Counted from the first letter of the stretch, positions 8,020 through 17,624 are shown. The stretch: DNA of 32,000 nt from Halogeometricum borinquense DSM 11551 (GCF_000172995.2 NC_014729.1:990001-1022000), one strand, 5' to 3'. Numbers and translations are program-made. The notes: generated by a model not told the origin, from the letters alone.

Positions 8020-8646
8020 TTACGGCGACGCGACCGCGCGTTCATTTCCCACGGCTTGCAGGAAGTTCCGCACCACGTCGTGGCCGACGCCAGTCAGGAC
8101 GCTTTCTGGGTGGAACTGCACCGCCTCGATCGGATACTCGCGGTGGCGAACGCCCATCACGAGTTCGTCACCGAAGTGGTCCGTCGTCGCCGACACCTCG
8201 AAACACTCGGGCACTTCGGTCGCGACCAGCGAGTGGTAGCGTCCGGCCTGAAACTGCTGTTCGAGACCGGCGAAGACTCCGTGGCTGTCGTGTTCTACCG
8301 GGAACGCCTTGCCGTGGATGGGTTCGGGTGCGTGGCCGACGCTACCGCCGTAGACGTACACCGCCGCTTCCAGACCGAGACAGACACCGAGCGTCGGTAT
8401 CGACTTCGAGAGCGTCGTCAGCACCTCGGTCGTCACACCAACGTCGCGGTCGTTCTTCGGGTGTCCCGGTCCCGGACTAATCACGATTGCGTCGGGGTCG
8501 AGGTCACGAATCTCGTCCAGCGAGGCGGTGTTCTTCCGTACTTCAACTGCGATTTCGTCGTCGCCGATGCGTTGCTCAGAGAGGTACTCGACGAGATTGT
8601 ACGTGAACGAATCGAAGTTATCTACGACGACGACACGAAGCGTCAT
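8020..8646 (-). CDS. trpG: Anthranilate synthase component II (glutamine amidotransferase)
   Basis: 208 aa. VVVVDNFDSFTYNLVEYL, GVCLG (nucleophile Cys) and FHPES are class I GATase motifs. The ATGA overlap with the trpE stop is at 8643-8646. Confidence 0.93.
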   Translation of the reverse strand: MTLRVVVVDNFDSFTYNLVEYLSEQRIGDDEIAVEVRKNTASLDEIRDLDPDAIVISPGPGHPKNDRDVGVTTEVLTTLSKSIPTLGVCLGLEAAVYVYGGSVGHAPEPIHGKAFPVEHDSHGVFAGLEQQFQAGRYHSLVATEVPECFEVSATTDHFGDELVMGVRHREYPIEAVQFHPESVLTGVGHDVVRNFLQAVGNERAVASP

Positions 8647-10274
8647 CGGCTCACCTCCTCGACTTCGGGGGCGTCTCCCCCCGTCCCGTCGTCTGTTGCC
8701 TCGCGTTCGATGCGTTCGACCGCCGCGAGGACGCCACCCATCTTCTGTTCGGTCTCTTCGTACTCTGCGGCCGGATCGCTGTCAGCGACGAGTCCTGCGC
8801 CCGCGCGAACGGAGATTACGTCTTCCCCGCCCCGCCGTTCGACCGTCGCCGTCCGAATGACGATGGCGAAATCGGCGTCACCGGACCACGAGTAGTAGCC
8901 GACACCGCCGCCGTAAACACCGCGCGGCGTCAGTTCGAGGTCGTCGATGATTTCCATCGCGCGAACCTTCGGCGCGCCCGTGAGTGTTCCAGCCGGGAAC
9001 GCGGCTCTCGTCGCGTCGAAACTGTCGCATTCGTCCGCGAGCGTTCCCGTCACCGTCGATTCGATGTGCTGAACGTGGCTGTACTTCAGGACGTTCATGA
9101 ACTCCTCGACGCGGACACTCCCGGCCTCGCTCACCCGGCGTACGTCGTTGCGCGCGAGGTCAACGAGCATCGTGTGTTCGGCGCGTTCTTTCCCGTCGGC
9201 CAGCATCTCGCCCGCGAGGCGGCGGTCCTCGACGGGACTCGTCCCACGTTTGCAGGTGCCCGCGATAGGATTCGAGACGACTCTGTCGCCGTGAACGGAG
9301 ACGAGCGTCTCCGGACTCGCGCCGACGATGTGTCTGTCGTCGTGGCGGAGCAGGTACATGTACGGCGAGGGGTTGACCGCGCGAAGCGCCTCGTACAGCC
9401 CCATCGGGTCCACTTCACCGCGGAGCTCGCGCACGCGAGAGATAACACCTTGATAGATATCGCCGTCGAGGACGTGGTCTTTCGTCCGACGAACTGCGGC
9501 CTCGTACTCCTCGCGCGGTCCGGATGACTCGCTCGTGCGGACGAATCCCCCCGTTTCTGGCGTCTCGGCGTCTCGAAGCGCCGTCGCCACGTCCTCAGCT
9601 TCAGCGCGGAGTTCGTCGTACACTGCCTCGGGGTCGTCATCGGGAGCGACGACGGGCGTGAGAACGAGCGTCGCCGTCTCCTCGGCATGGTCGAACGAGA
9701 GCGTCTTCGTCGTGAGGACGAACTGCGCGTCCGGGGTGTCCGTTTCGGGGCGTTCGACGCCCACCTCCGCCAGCCAGAGGTCGTAGACCGCCTCGTAGGC
9801 GAGAAAGCCGACCAGCCCGCCGCGGAGTCGTTGTCTGTCGTCGTCAGGGAAGCCGACGCGCGGGAGATCCGGAAGCGCGCCTCTGAGGCGGTCTAATACG
9901 TCGCCGCCGTCGGGAGTGACGTATCGTGCCGCCCGGCCACCGAGCGTTTCGACCGAGGCCCCGTCCGGGCCGACGGTGATGACGGCGTCGGGGTCGTAGC
10001 CGACAAACGAGTAGCGGGCGTGTCTGTCTGTCGTTACGTGCTCCGGCGCGAACGCCCCCGCGGGGTCGCTGGAGGCGGTTTTCTCCGCGCTCTCCAGCAG
10101 GAAGCCGTAGTCGCTTCGCTCGGTAAGTGCCGCGTAGGCTGTCAGCGGCGTCGTCGTCGGTAGGTCAGCGGTGAGGTGTGCGACGACGGGGCCATCTTCG
10201 CTCTCGACCAGCGAGACGAACTCCTCGCGCGAGATGGATAGTCGGTCGTCTGCGACGCCTTTGACGGACGTCAC
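8643..10274 (-). CDS. trpE: Anthranilate synthase component I
   Basis: 543 aa. Chorismate-binding motifs include [29 protein letters not shown] and [10 protein letters not shown]. The GTG start overlaps the trpF stop (GTGA at 10271-10274). Confidence 0.95.
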   Translation of the reverse strand: MTSVKGVADDRLSISREEFVSLVESEDGPVVAHLTADLPTTTPLTAYAALTERSDYGFLLESAEKTASSDPAGAFAPEHVTTDRHARYSFVGYDPDAVITVGPDGASVETLGGRAARYVTPDGGDVLDRLRGALPDLPRVGFPDDDRQRLRGGLVGFLAYEAVYDLWLAEVGVERPETDTPDAQFVLTTKTLSFDHAEETATLVLTPVVAPDDDPEAVYDELRAEAEDVATALRDAETPETGGFVRTSESSGPREEYEAAVRRTKDHVLDGDIYQGVISRVRELRGEVDPMGLYEALRAVNPSPYMYLLRHDDRHIVGASPETLVSVHGDRVVSNPIAGTCKRGTSPVEDRRLAGEMLADGKERAEHTMLVDLARNDVRRVSEAGSVRVEEFMNVLKYSHVQHIESTVTGTLADECDSFDATRAAFPAGTLTGAPKVRAMEIIDDLELTPRGVYGGGVGYYSWSGDADFAIVIRTATVERRGGEDVISVRAGAGLVADSDPAAEYEETEQKMGGVLAAVERIEREATDDGTGGDAPEVEEVSR

Positions 10275-10918
10275 GCCGTTGCCCTCCGTCTCTCGGCGGC
10301 GTTCGCAACAAATGCGCGGACTGCATCGTGGTCTTTCACCCCGCCGCTGGATTCGACACCGCTCGCCACGTCCACAGCGAACGGGTTTACCGTCTCGACT
10401 GCCTCAGTTACGTTTTCCGGCGTCAATCCTCCCGCGAGGACGACCGGCGCGTCAAGCTCGGCAGTCGCTTTCGCCGTCTGCTCCCAGTCGTGCGTCTTAC
10501 CGGTACCGCCCGCACCCTTGTCGCTCACGGAATCGACAACGATGGCGTCCACCGCGGAGTCAAGGTCGCAGGCGCGTTGTGGCTGTTCGGCGTCCACGAC
10601 GGCGGCGATCCGCGCATCCACTCCAGCGCGAATCGCGCGGAACTGTTCGGCATCGAACTCGCCGTGGATCTGAACGACATCGGGTTTCACCCTCGATCCA
10701 ACCTCGATGGCCTCAGAGACCGTCTCAGGCATCGTGACGAGCGTCGTCGTGAGAAACGGCGCGGCGGCAGCAGCGAGTTCGGCCGCCCGGTCGAGCGAGA
10801 GTTCACGCGGCGTGTCCACAGGAACATCAGCGATGAAGCCGACGGCGTCCGCGCCCGCCCGTTCGACGGCGCGAAGGTCAGATTCGCTGGTGACGCCGCA
10901 GATTTTGACCCGTACCAT
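10271..10918 (-). CDS. trpF: Phosphoribosylanthranilate isomerase
   Basis: 215 aa. [10 protein letters not shown]... and [10 protein letters not shown] are typical PRAI motifs. Confidence 0.92.
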   Translation of the reverse strand: MVRVKICGVTSESDLRAVERAGADAVGFIADVPVDTPRELSLDRAAELAAAAAPFLTTTLVTMPETVSEAIEVGSRVKPDVVQIHGEFDAEQFRAIRAGVDARIAAVVDAEQPQRACDLDSAVDAIVVDSVSDKGAGGTGKTHDWEQTAKATAELDAPVVLAGGLTPENVTEAVETVNPFAVDVASGVESSGGVKDHDAVRAFVANAAERRRATA

Positions 10919-10921
10919 TTC

Positions 10922-11959
10922 TCAGGCCTCCGCCGACTCCGCGTCGGCTGTTTCGACGTCGGTGCCGCAGAGGTCATCGAACGTCGCAGCGGCCGCGCCG
11001 GAGTCGATAGCGTTCGCGGCGGCCTCGGCACCCTCGGAGATGGTCTCTGCGAGTCCGGAAACGTAGATTGCCGCGCCCGCGTTGGCGAGGATGATATCGC
11101 GTTTCGGGCCGGTCACCTCGCCCGTGACGATACCGCGCAGGTCGGCGGCGTTCTCTTGCGGCGTGCCGCCCGCGACAGCCGAGACAGGGGCCGATTCGAG
11201 GCCGATGTCTTCTGGCGTAACGGTGTACTCTTCGATGTCATCACCGTGGACTTCAGCGACGACTGTCTCGTCGTGGAGGGCGATTTCGTCCATGCCGGAT
11301 CCGTGGACGACGAGCGCGCGTTCGACGGACATGTGTGAGAGTGCGCGCGCGAGAACGGGAACGAGTTCGGGGTCGTAGACGCCAACGACCTGTGCTTGCG
11401 CGCCCGCGGGATTCGTAAGCGGGCCGAGCGCGTTGAAAATCGTCCGCATGCCGAGTTCCTTCCGCGGGCCGATGACGGCCTTCATCGCGGGGTGGAACAC
11501 CGGCGCGAGCATGAAGCCGATGCCGTCGCGTTCGATGGCCTCCTCGACGGCCGGCGGTTCCGCCTCGACGTTTGCGCCGGCGACTTCCAGCACGTCCGCG
11601 CTCCCGGAAGAGGAAGAGACAGAGTAGTTCCCGTGCTTTGCGACGGCCGCGCCCGCCCCGGCGGCGACGATTGCGCTGGTCGTCGAGACGTTGATCGTAT
11701 CGTAGTCGTCGCCGCCGGTACCGCAGGTGTCCACCAACGGCGTCCGGTCGGGTTCGATGGTTCGGGCGGCGTCGCGCATTCCCTGTGCGAAACCAGCGAT
11801 TTCGGTCTCGGTCTCGCCTTTTGAACGAAGGGCGGTCAGTAGTGCGCCGATTTGCGCCTCTGTTGCATCCTCGAAGACGAGTTGCGCCGCGTTGCGCGCT
11901 TCGTCCTGCGTGAGATCTGTGCCCTCCGTCGCGCGTTCGATGTACGTTTGGATCGTCAT
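10922..11959 (-). CDS. trpD: Anthranilate phosphoribosyltransferase
   Basis: ORF 10922..12010. The conserved N-terminus starts at MTIQTYIERATEG (ATG at 11959). Motifs include DTCGTGGD, VAKHGN and GPLTNPA. Confidence 0.92.
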   Translation of the reverse strand: MTIQTYIERATEGTDLTQDEARNAAQLVFEDATEAQIGALLTALRSKGETETEIAGFAQGMRDAARTIEPDRTPLVDTCGTGGDDYDTINVSTTSAIVAAGAGAAVAKHGNYSVSSSSGSADVLEVAGANVEAEPPAVEEAIERDGIGFMLAPVFHPAMKAVIGPRKELGMRTIFNALGPLTNPAGAQAQVVGVYDPELVPVLARALSHMSVERALVVHGSGMDEIALHDETVVAEVHGDDIEEYTVTPEDIGLESAPVSAVAGGTPQENAADLRGIVTGEVTGPKRDIILANAGAAIYVSGLAETISEGAEAAANAIDSGAAAATFDDLCGTDVETADAESAEA

Positions 11960-12206
11960 TGTAGAGACACCGATGTACGTGTTCGGGTTACGATGTACAA
12001 ATAAGTACACTGGCTTAAGCCTGTCGGGGTCCGGAATCGTCGGACTTGCTGGGACGGTGGTACGTCGTCGGATTCCGTCGCCCGTACGCCGTATGGAACC
12101 GAACCACGCAGAAAATCGGACGACAGCATCTCAATTCGCAACCCTTAATTGTATCCCCGGGAAACGAGTGAATGCGCTCAGACGGGCGCGATGTACGCAG
12201 CAAACC

Positions 12207-12281
12207 GGGTTGGTGGTCTAGTCTGGTTATGACACCTCCTTGACATGGAGGAGGCCGGCAGTTCAAATCTGCCCCAACCCA
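12207..12281 (+). tRNA. tRNA-Val (anticodon GAC)
   Basis: Cloverleaf read by eye: acceptor GGGTTGG/CCAACCC, anticodon stem CCTCC/GGAGG with loop TTGACAT, T-arm GGCAG-TTCAAAT-CTGCC, discriminator A, no encoded CCA. Confidence 0.92.
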
Positions 12282-12623
12282 CTTCCTCTTCGCTTTCAAT
12301 TCACATAGCGGATCGCTACGCGGTTTTTGAACTCTCGCTGGCACAACTGATTCAAGGCAGGTGTTCGGGACACATTTTCATCCCATAGCACCGCCAGACA
12401 CTCGGCGGTGCGGTCACGTCGAAGACGCGGTAGCGTCGAGCGACGGGGAGAACCGAACCGGGTTACATTCTCCGTTCGGTGTGGCTACGGCACCTGATCA
12501 AAATATTCCGCTTCCGCGCGGCGGAGAACAGTGGACACGGTAGCATTGGCTATCCTAATTAGGAGGCAGTTCTCTGAAAAGTCAGAGAAAGTTAATTAAC
12601 TGATTATAACAATTTCTGAGATA

Positions 12624-13532
12624 ATGACGACAGAAGTCCGTCAATTCATTTACTTAGATTCGCAGGCCGTGAATAGTCTTCTTGCGTCAATGTTTATGGC
12701 TGTTCCTCAAAAGGTAAGGGACGTTGCAGAGGAAACTGATGTAGAGGGTTCACAACAGAGTGGTAAGGCAGGTTTGAATCTTGGATCGCTTCTTAATTTA
12801 GGGGTGGAAGGTACGAGTAGCTCAGAAAATACAGAACGAAACTTGTCACAAACTGACAAGCACGTCAATGATCAATATCGGTTCAGTCTACTCACACGAG
12901 CTTTGGATGAAAACGACGGTCAGACAATTCATAAGATATCCGAGGAAGACGATTTTAATTCGATAACTGACGGAGAAATTGTTCAAATTACAGGAACCTG
13001 CAAAACAGACCCGTTGTATCCTCTCTTAGGGGCACTTGAGTATATCACAAAAGCAACCTCAGAAGCCCCGCCGGGGAACGGGTTACTGGCTCAAATTATG
13101 CAAAGTCAGTCCGATTTTGGACAAGCTCAGCAAGCATACCAATTACTATATGGTGGGTGGGTTGGACTGAAAGTTTCTCCTGATTTCACGGATTATAGTT
13201 GTGGTGTAGTTCTTGACGAGAGACAAACGTGGGTTAACAGCTATCGAGGATTTCGTGGCGAAAACGAGTATACGATCTTAGGCCGCGTACAGGAGCAGTT
13301 AGACGAAAAAGAGATCTGGGATTTGGTCGAAGCTCTCAGGGTTGTCAATAGTGCCACCTCTGATGATGAAGCAAGTTCTAATCGAGCGGAACTTGTTGCG
13401 AAAGTGATGGATTCTATAGAAGAACAGCAGGAAGAACAGGATAATCAATTCAAGCTTCCAGATCTGAATCCGGGTGACTTTATAATTGAAGGACCAGGGA
13501 TGGTAATCGATCCAATCGCGATCTACTGGTAA
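12624..13532 (+). CDS. Hypothetical protein in a low-GC cassette; conserved N-terminal FIYLD motif and a Gly/Ser-rich segment
   Basis: 302-aa ORF with a clean ATG and codon usage very different from its neighbours (AT-rich third positions). N-terminus: RQFIYLDSQAVNSLLASM, then GKAGLNLGSLLNLGVEGTSSSEN. From memory it resembles a bacterial/archaeal family of about 300-aa uncharacterised proteins; this is not verified. Confidence 0.8.
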   Translation: MTTEVRQFIYLDSQAVNSLLASMFMAVPQKVRDVAEETDVEGSQQSGKAGLNLGSLLNLGVEGTSSSENTERNLSQTDKHVNDQYRFSLLTRALDENDGQTIHKISEEDDFNSITDGEIVQITGTCKTDPLYPLLGALEYITKATSEAPPGNGLLAQIMQSQSDFGQAQQAYQLLYGGWVGLKVSPDFTDYSCGVVLDERQTWVNSYRGFRGENEYTILGRVQEQLDEKEIWDLVEALRVVNSATSDDEASSNRAELVAKVMDSIEEQQEEQDNQFKLPDLNPGDFIIEGPGMVIDPIAIYW

Positions 13533-13539
13533 ACCGTCG

Positions 13540-13562
13540 TTTGATTGGTTTTCTGAATCAAA
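13540..13562 (+). terminator. Hairpin after the low-GC gene (tttgatt-ggttttctg-aatcaaa)
   Basis: 7-bp inverted repeat with a T-rich loop, 8 nt after the stop codon. Confidence 0.35.
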
Positions 13563-13611
13563 CACCTATTAGAATTTGAAAATAGAACAGTCATCAACGG
13601 TCACTTGATCG

Positions 13612-13910
13612 CTATCCCAGTTCCCCTCCCGCCCCATAAAACTGAAACCGTAAAATCCCTGCCTCCACCGACCGCATCCGCTCCACACGAATCTCCTGAC
13701 CGGCGGCCTCATACGCGACGAACACGTACACGCCGTCCGCATCAACCAGTCGGCCGTGATACGCCTCGAAGACGCGAAACCGTCCCTTTTCCCGTTCTGT
13801 CGGTTCAGCATCGCCGCTTTCACCTCTCGGATGTCCGTGATACCCGTGAACTCCGCTCTCTCCTCAAATGTGCCCGCGCCGCTCTCAGAGTTGAGCGACA
13901 ACGAGGCCAC
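13612..13910 (-). pseudogene. Small hypothetical gene with an apparent frameshift at a G3A4G3 tract
   Basis: From ATG 13910 the frame reads MASLSLNSESGAGTFEERAEFTGITDIREVKAAMLNRQNGKRD and then becomes Cys/Arg/Trp-rich nonsense. A different frame after the tract 13784-13793 reads RFRVFEAYHGRLVDADGVYVFVAYEAAGQEIRVERMRSVEAGILRFQFYGAGGELG, with its stop at 13612-13614. One extra nucleotide in the tract would join the two parts. Confidence 0.45.
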
Positions 13911-13922
13911 CAGCCAGTCGAA

Positions 13923-14729
13923 TCACTCTCGCGGATTATCCGGGCGGAACCACGTTGCGAATCCGGTCGGGTCCTCCTCGTTCTCGGCCCGGAACTGCGA
14001 CCACTCGACAGCGATTTTTCCGAGTACCATCGCCCCCGCGACCAGTTGCTCGAACTCGAAACCGAGACGAGCGAATTCAGTCTGCGTGATCATGAGGAAG
14101 GACGCCAGCGTGAGCATACCGACAGTACTGAGCAGTACCACATAGGAGGCTGCAAAAACGAGGAAGCGGCCGGGTATTTCCAGTACCATGTATGCGGACA
14201 TCTCCTCGTACTGCTTTTCCCGGAAGAATTCACGATAGAGTCGGTACCAGTCCGAGAGGATCATCCCAACCGCTGTTAGCGCGATCGACGGCGAGCGGAG
14301 GGACTTGAGTATGTCCGGAGATGCAAACAAGAAGAAGCCCAGAATAAAGCACCCCGCGATGAGCAACGTCAGAACAAGCCGGATGTTCCGCGGATAGATC
14401 GGTGGAAGCGGCCCGGGGACTTCGACGGGAGCAGGTTCGCGCTCCCACTTTTCGTGGCGCTCGACGTCGGGACCCGTACCCGGGAGGTAGAAGCTTCTGC
14501 CATCGAGCACAATCGGAAGTTGAGCGAACAGCGCAGCGACACTGTACCCGAGGAGTGCAGTCCCAATCTCCAGCCAATAGACCGCCAGTAGCTCACCGAC
14601 GCGCCAATCGAGGAGGAGGATCCCGAAAAAGGGAGCAGATTCGCCACGAGCGTCGGGAGAAACGACACCGAACTCGTGTTCGTCCCCTGATTCGAAAGCA
14701 CGATCCGAAATCAGCCGACGAAACGTCAT
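13923..14729 (-). CDS. Polytopic membrane protein of unknown function
   Basis: 268 aa with about six hydrophobic helices. It lies 12 nt upstream of the small frameshifted gene on the same strand. Confidence 0.8.
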   Translation of the reverse strand: MTFRRLISDRAFESGDEHEFGVVSPDARGESAPFFGILLLDWRVGELLAVYWLEIGTALLGYSVAALFAQLPIVLDGRSFYLPGTGPDVERHEKWEREPAPVEVPGPLPPIYPRNIRLVLTLLIAGCFILGFFLFASPDILKSLRSPSIALTAVGMILSDWYRLYREFFREKQYEEMSAYMVLEIPGRFLVFAASYVVLLSTVGMLTLASFLMITQTEFARLGFEFEQLVAGAMVLGKIAVEWSQFRAENEEDPTGFATWFRPDNPRE

Positions 14730-15082
14730 AAGCTCTCGGTTTGGTGTATCGGAGGGCGTTCAGATTTTATCGGAGGGATATTCTCAGATTCGATACCGAA
14801 TGTGCCCAAACAGAGCTGGTTTTTGATACCGGTGACGTAACTGAACCCGTTGTTCCGTATCCGACGAGTACATAGGAATTATGGTAGGTCGGGATAGTTC
14901 TCACGTATGAAACTATCACCGACGCTGAGACGAGTCCACCAGTTCTCGGTATCCGGTGTGACCGCCGTTGGTGGCACGCGTCCGGTCCGAACTGCCTGCG
15001 GGTCGATACGAGAGGAGCGGACACACAGCGCGAGGCTCCGTTATACCGAAACTGTAGCGAGTTCGCCAGCGGGGACCGACGC

Positions 15083-15367
15083 GTGAGTGACACGTTAGCG
15101 TACAAGGATGCGCTGAAACTCGTGAATACATCCGACCGGTTTTGCGTGGCCGTCCACACTGGGGACCGCGTCGATTACGTCACTCGGAACCGGTACGGCC
15201 AGCTTACGGTCGAAACGTACGTCGATGCAGTCGGTGAGCGTCGAATGATTCCACTTACCGAAGCGCGGTTCGAGGACCTCGTCGATCGATACACCGCGTT
15301 CAAGGAGTCGATAGCGGAGAGTCCGTTTTCGGGATACGACGAAGTCCAGTGCGACGACGACCGCTGA
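15083..15367 (+). CDS. Small acidic hypothetical protein
   Basis: 94-aa ORF with a GTG start and halophile-like acidic composition. No recognisable motif. Confidence 0.45.
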   Translation: MSDTLAYKDALKLVNTSDRFCVAVHTGDRVDYVTRNRYGQLTVETYVDAVGERRMIPLTEARFEDLVDRYTAFKESIAESPFSGYDEVQCDDDR

Positions 15368-15537
15368 GATCACAGAATCGTGGTATCGGCGTTCACACAG
15401 TTCCGAGAGGAGCAAGCACGACAGAAGCGAGACAGCGGCAGTCTGACCGAACATTGGCCCGTTTCGACGGGACGTTACGACCACGAACAAGCTCTTAACC
15501 TCGCCTGCCTCAATTGCCGTATGACACCCGCGAGTGC

Positions 15538-17535
15538 ATGGGACGAGCGGTGATCCCTGACGCCCCCGTTCGTGTACTCTACGTCGATGGCGACTCCGAC
15601 TACGCGGACCGAGTTCGGAGTTCCCTCGTCCGTGAGAGTCTTCCGTTCGACGTACAGACAGCTCCCGATGCGGAGTGTGCACTCGAACACCTCCGAGAGA
15701 GCGACGACGTTCACTGCATCGTCAGCGAGTACCAGTTGCCGGACACGACAGGGCTGGCGTTCTACGACCGCGTTCGGGAGTTCTCTTCGGACCTTCCGTT
15801 CATCCTGTTTACTGCGTCGGGGAGCGAGGAGATTGCGAGCGACGCGGTATCCGCAGGCGTCACCGACTATCTACTGAAACGCGAAGGGTCAGACCAGTTC
15901 GAGGTCTTGGCCGACCGAATCGGAGATGCGGTTTGTAGCTATCGGACGGAGCGCCGTATCGAATCCGAACGGCAAGCCGTCTTCGACCGGATGGCAGATG
16001 CGTTCTTCGCCGTCAACGCCGACTGGCACGTCACGGTCCTAAACGAGCAGGCGAAGACCGTTCTCACAGCCGCGATGGACGACGATATCGGAGAGATAGA
16101 AGGACGACATCTTTGGGAGGAACTCCCCGACGCCGTCGGGACAACCTTCTATGAGAAGTATCACGAAGCGATGGAGAATCAAGAGCCGGTGTCGTTCGAG
16201 GAGTACTACGAACCGCTCGACACGTGGTTCGAGGTACGAGTGTACCCGTCGGAGACCGGCCTGTCGGTGTACTATCGGGATATCACCGAGCGGTACCGCC
16301 AGCGCGAGATGCTCGAATCCCGCGAACGCGTTCTGCGTGAGATGCACGACATCATCGCCGCTTGCGAGAAATCGTTCACAGAACAGGTCGAAGCAGTACT
16401 CGAACTCGGCCGTGAGGAACTCGGAACTGAGTACGGGACGCTTTCGGAGATACGCGGCGACGACTACATTTTCGAGGTCGTCGCCACCGACGATGAGCGT
16501 ATTCAGGCCGGTGATGTTGTTCCTGTGTCCGTGACGAACTGCGAGCGATGCGCGACGGCCGAGAAAACGCTCGTTCTCGGAGATATCAGTCAGGATTCGG
16601 CGGGACGAACGGGCCAAGACGAGTCCGACGACTGGGGAATCGCATGCTATCTCGGCGCGCCCGTGTTCGTCGATGACGACGTGTACGGGACGTTTTGCTT
16701 CTACGGAACCACACCGCGAGACGACCAGTTCTCGGAGTGGGAAGTAACGCTCGTAGACCTGATGAGCCGGTGGGTCAGCTACGAGTTACAACGCCGGCAG
16801 ACGAACGAGAAACTCCGGGCACAGAACGAAAAGCTGGGACAGTTTGCCTCCATCGTCTCACACGACCTTCGGAACCCGCTGAACGTCGCCCGCGGACACA
16901 TCGAATTAGCACAAAACGAGTGTACCAACGAACACCTCGATGCTGTAGAGCGGGCGCACGACCGAATGGAGACGCTGATCGAGAATCTCTTGACGCTCGC
17001 CCGGAGCGAGGAGCGTATCGGCGACACCGAACTGGTGAATCTCGCGGAACTGGCCGAGCAGTGTTGGGAGACCGTCGAAACGGGGACGGCGTCGCTCGAT
17101 GTCGAGACTGACCGGACGCTATTGGCCGATGAACCCCGACTCCGGCAGCTGCTCGAAAACCTCATGCGGAACAGCGTCGAACACGGGTCCACGAGCAACC
17201 AGTCGAACCCCGGTCACGCGGCCGACGCCGATGCTGCGGACAGTCAGCGCCAGTCGAAGAAGGTCGAACGCGGTGCCGAATCGGTGACTGTTCGGGTCGG
17301 TGACGTGGAGGGTGGCTTCTACGTCGAGGATGATGGACCGGGAATTCCACCGGACGAACGAGCGTCGGTGTTCGACTCCAGCCATACGACCAAAACAGAG
17401 GGGACCGGCCTCGGCCTCGCTATCGTTGAAAGAATCGCCAAGGGGCACGGCTGGTCAGTGTGCGTCACCGAGGGAACCGGTGGCGGGGCGCGGTTCGAGT
17501 TTACCGACATCGAAACCGTGTCGGAAGCGCTGTGA
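15538..17535 (+). CDS. Hybrid sensor histidine kinase (REC-PAS-GAF-HisKA-HATPase)
   Basis: Receiver domain VRVLYVDGDSD...SEYQLPDTTG...ILFTASG...DYLLK. PAS region around FDRMADAFFAVNADWHV. GAF-like region. H-box FASIVSHDLRNPLN. ATPase boxes NLMRNSVEHG, DDGPGIP and GTGLGLAIV. The start is taken at ATG 15538; the track TTG at 15514 is less likely. Confidence 0.9.
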   Translation: MGRAVIPDAPVRVLYVDGDSDYADRVRSSLVRESLPFDVQTAPDAECALEHLRESDDVHCIVSEYQLPDTTGLAFYDRVREFSSDLPFILFTASGSEEIASDAVSAGVTDYLLKREGSDQFEVLADRIGDAVCSYRTERRIESERQAVFDRMADAFFAVNADWHVTVLNEQAKTVLTAAMDDDIGEIEGRHLWEELPDAVGTTFYEKYHEAMENQEPVSFEEYYEPLDTWFEVRVYPSETGLSVYYRDITERYRQREMLESRERVLREMHDIIAACEKSFTEQVEAVLELGREELGTEYGTLSEIRGDDYIFEVVATDDERIQAGDVVPVSVTNCERCATAEKTLVLGDISQDSAGRTGQDESDDWGIACYLGAPVFVDDDVYGTFCFYGTTPRDDQFSEWEVTLVDLMSRWVSYELQRRQTNEKLRAQNEKLGQFASIVSHDLRNPLNVARGHIELAQNECTNEHLDAVERAHDRMETLIENLLTLARSEERIGDTELVNLAELAEQCWETVETGTASLDVETDRTLLADEPRLRQLLENLMRNSVEHGSTSNQSNPGHAADADAADSQRQSKKVERGAESVTVRVGDVEGGFYVEDDGPGIPPDERASVFDSSHTTKTEGTGLGLAIVERIAKGHGWSVCVTEGTGGGARFEFTDIETVSEAL

Positions 17536-17624
17536 GTGTTAGCGAGTGTTTCCCGTGCGTTCCGTCCGCAACAATGTCTCCGCGACATCGTTCGATTCTT
17601 CCGTCCGACACAGAAAACGGGGCT

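Noticed and set aside
10328-11338. 336-aa plus-strand ORF, plus ORFs at 7770-8895, 9066-9896 and 11396-12221
   Set aside because: Most are antisense shadow ORFs across the trp operon. They have a basic, low-complexity composition incompatible with a halophile proteome.
12015-12344. 109-aa minus-strand ORF
   Set aside because: It overlaps the tRNA-Val gene in antisense, so it is spurious.
14767-15159. 130-aa minus-strand ORF in the 350-bp gap
   Set aside because: Ser/Arg-rich and basic, with no motif, unlike neighbouring proteins. The region is treated as non-coding.
12282-15400. Complete integrated element at tRNA-Val (integrase plus attL/attR)
   Set aside because: No integrase or recombinase ORF is present. 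I found no convincing duplicate of the tRNA 3' half; only a weak tgcccaaac resemblance near 14803. Only a compositional islet can be claimed.
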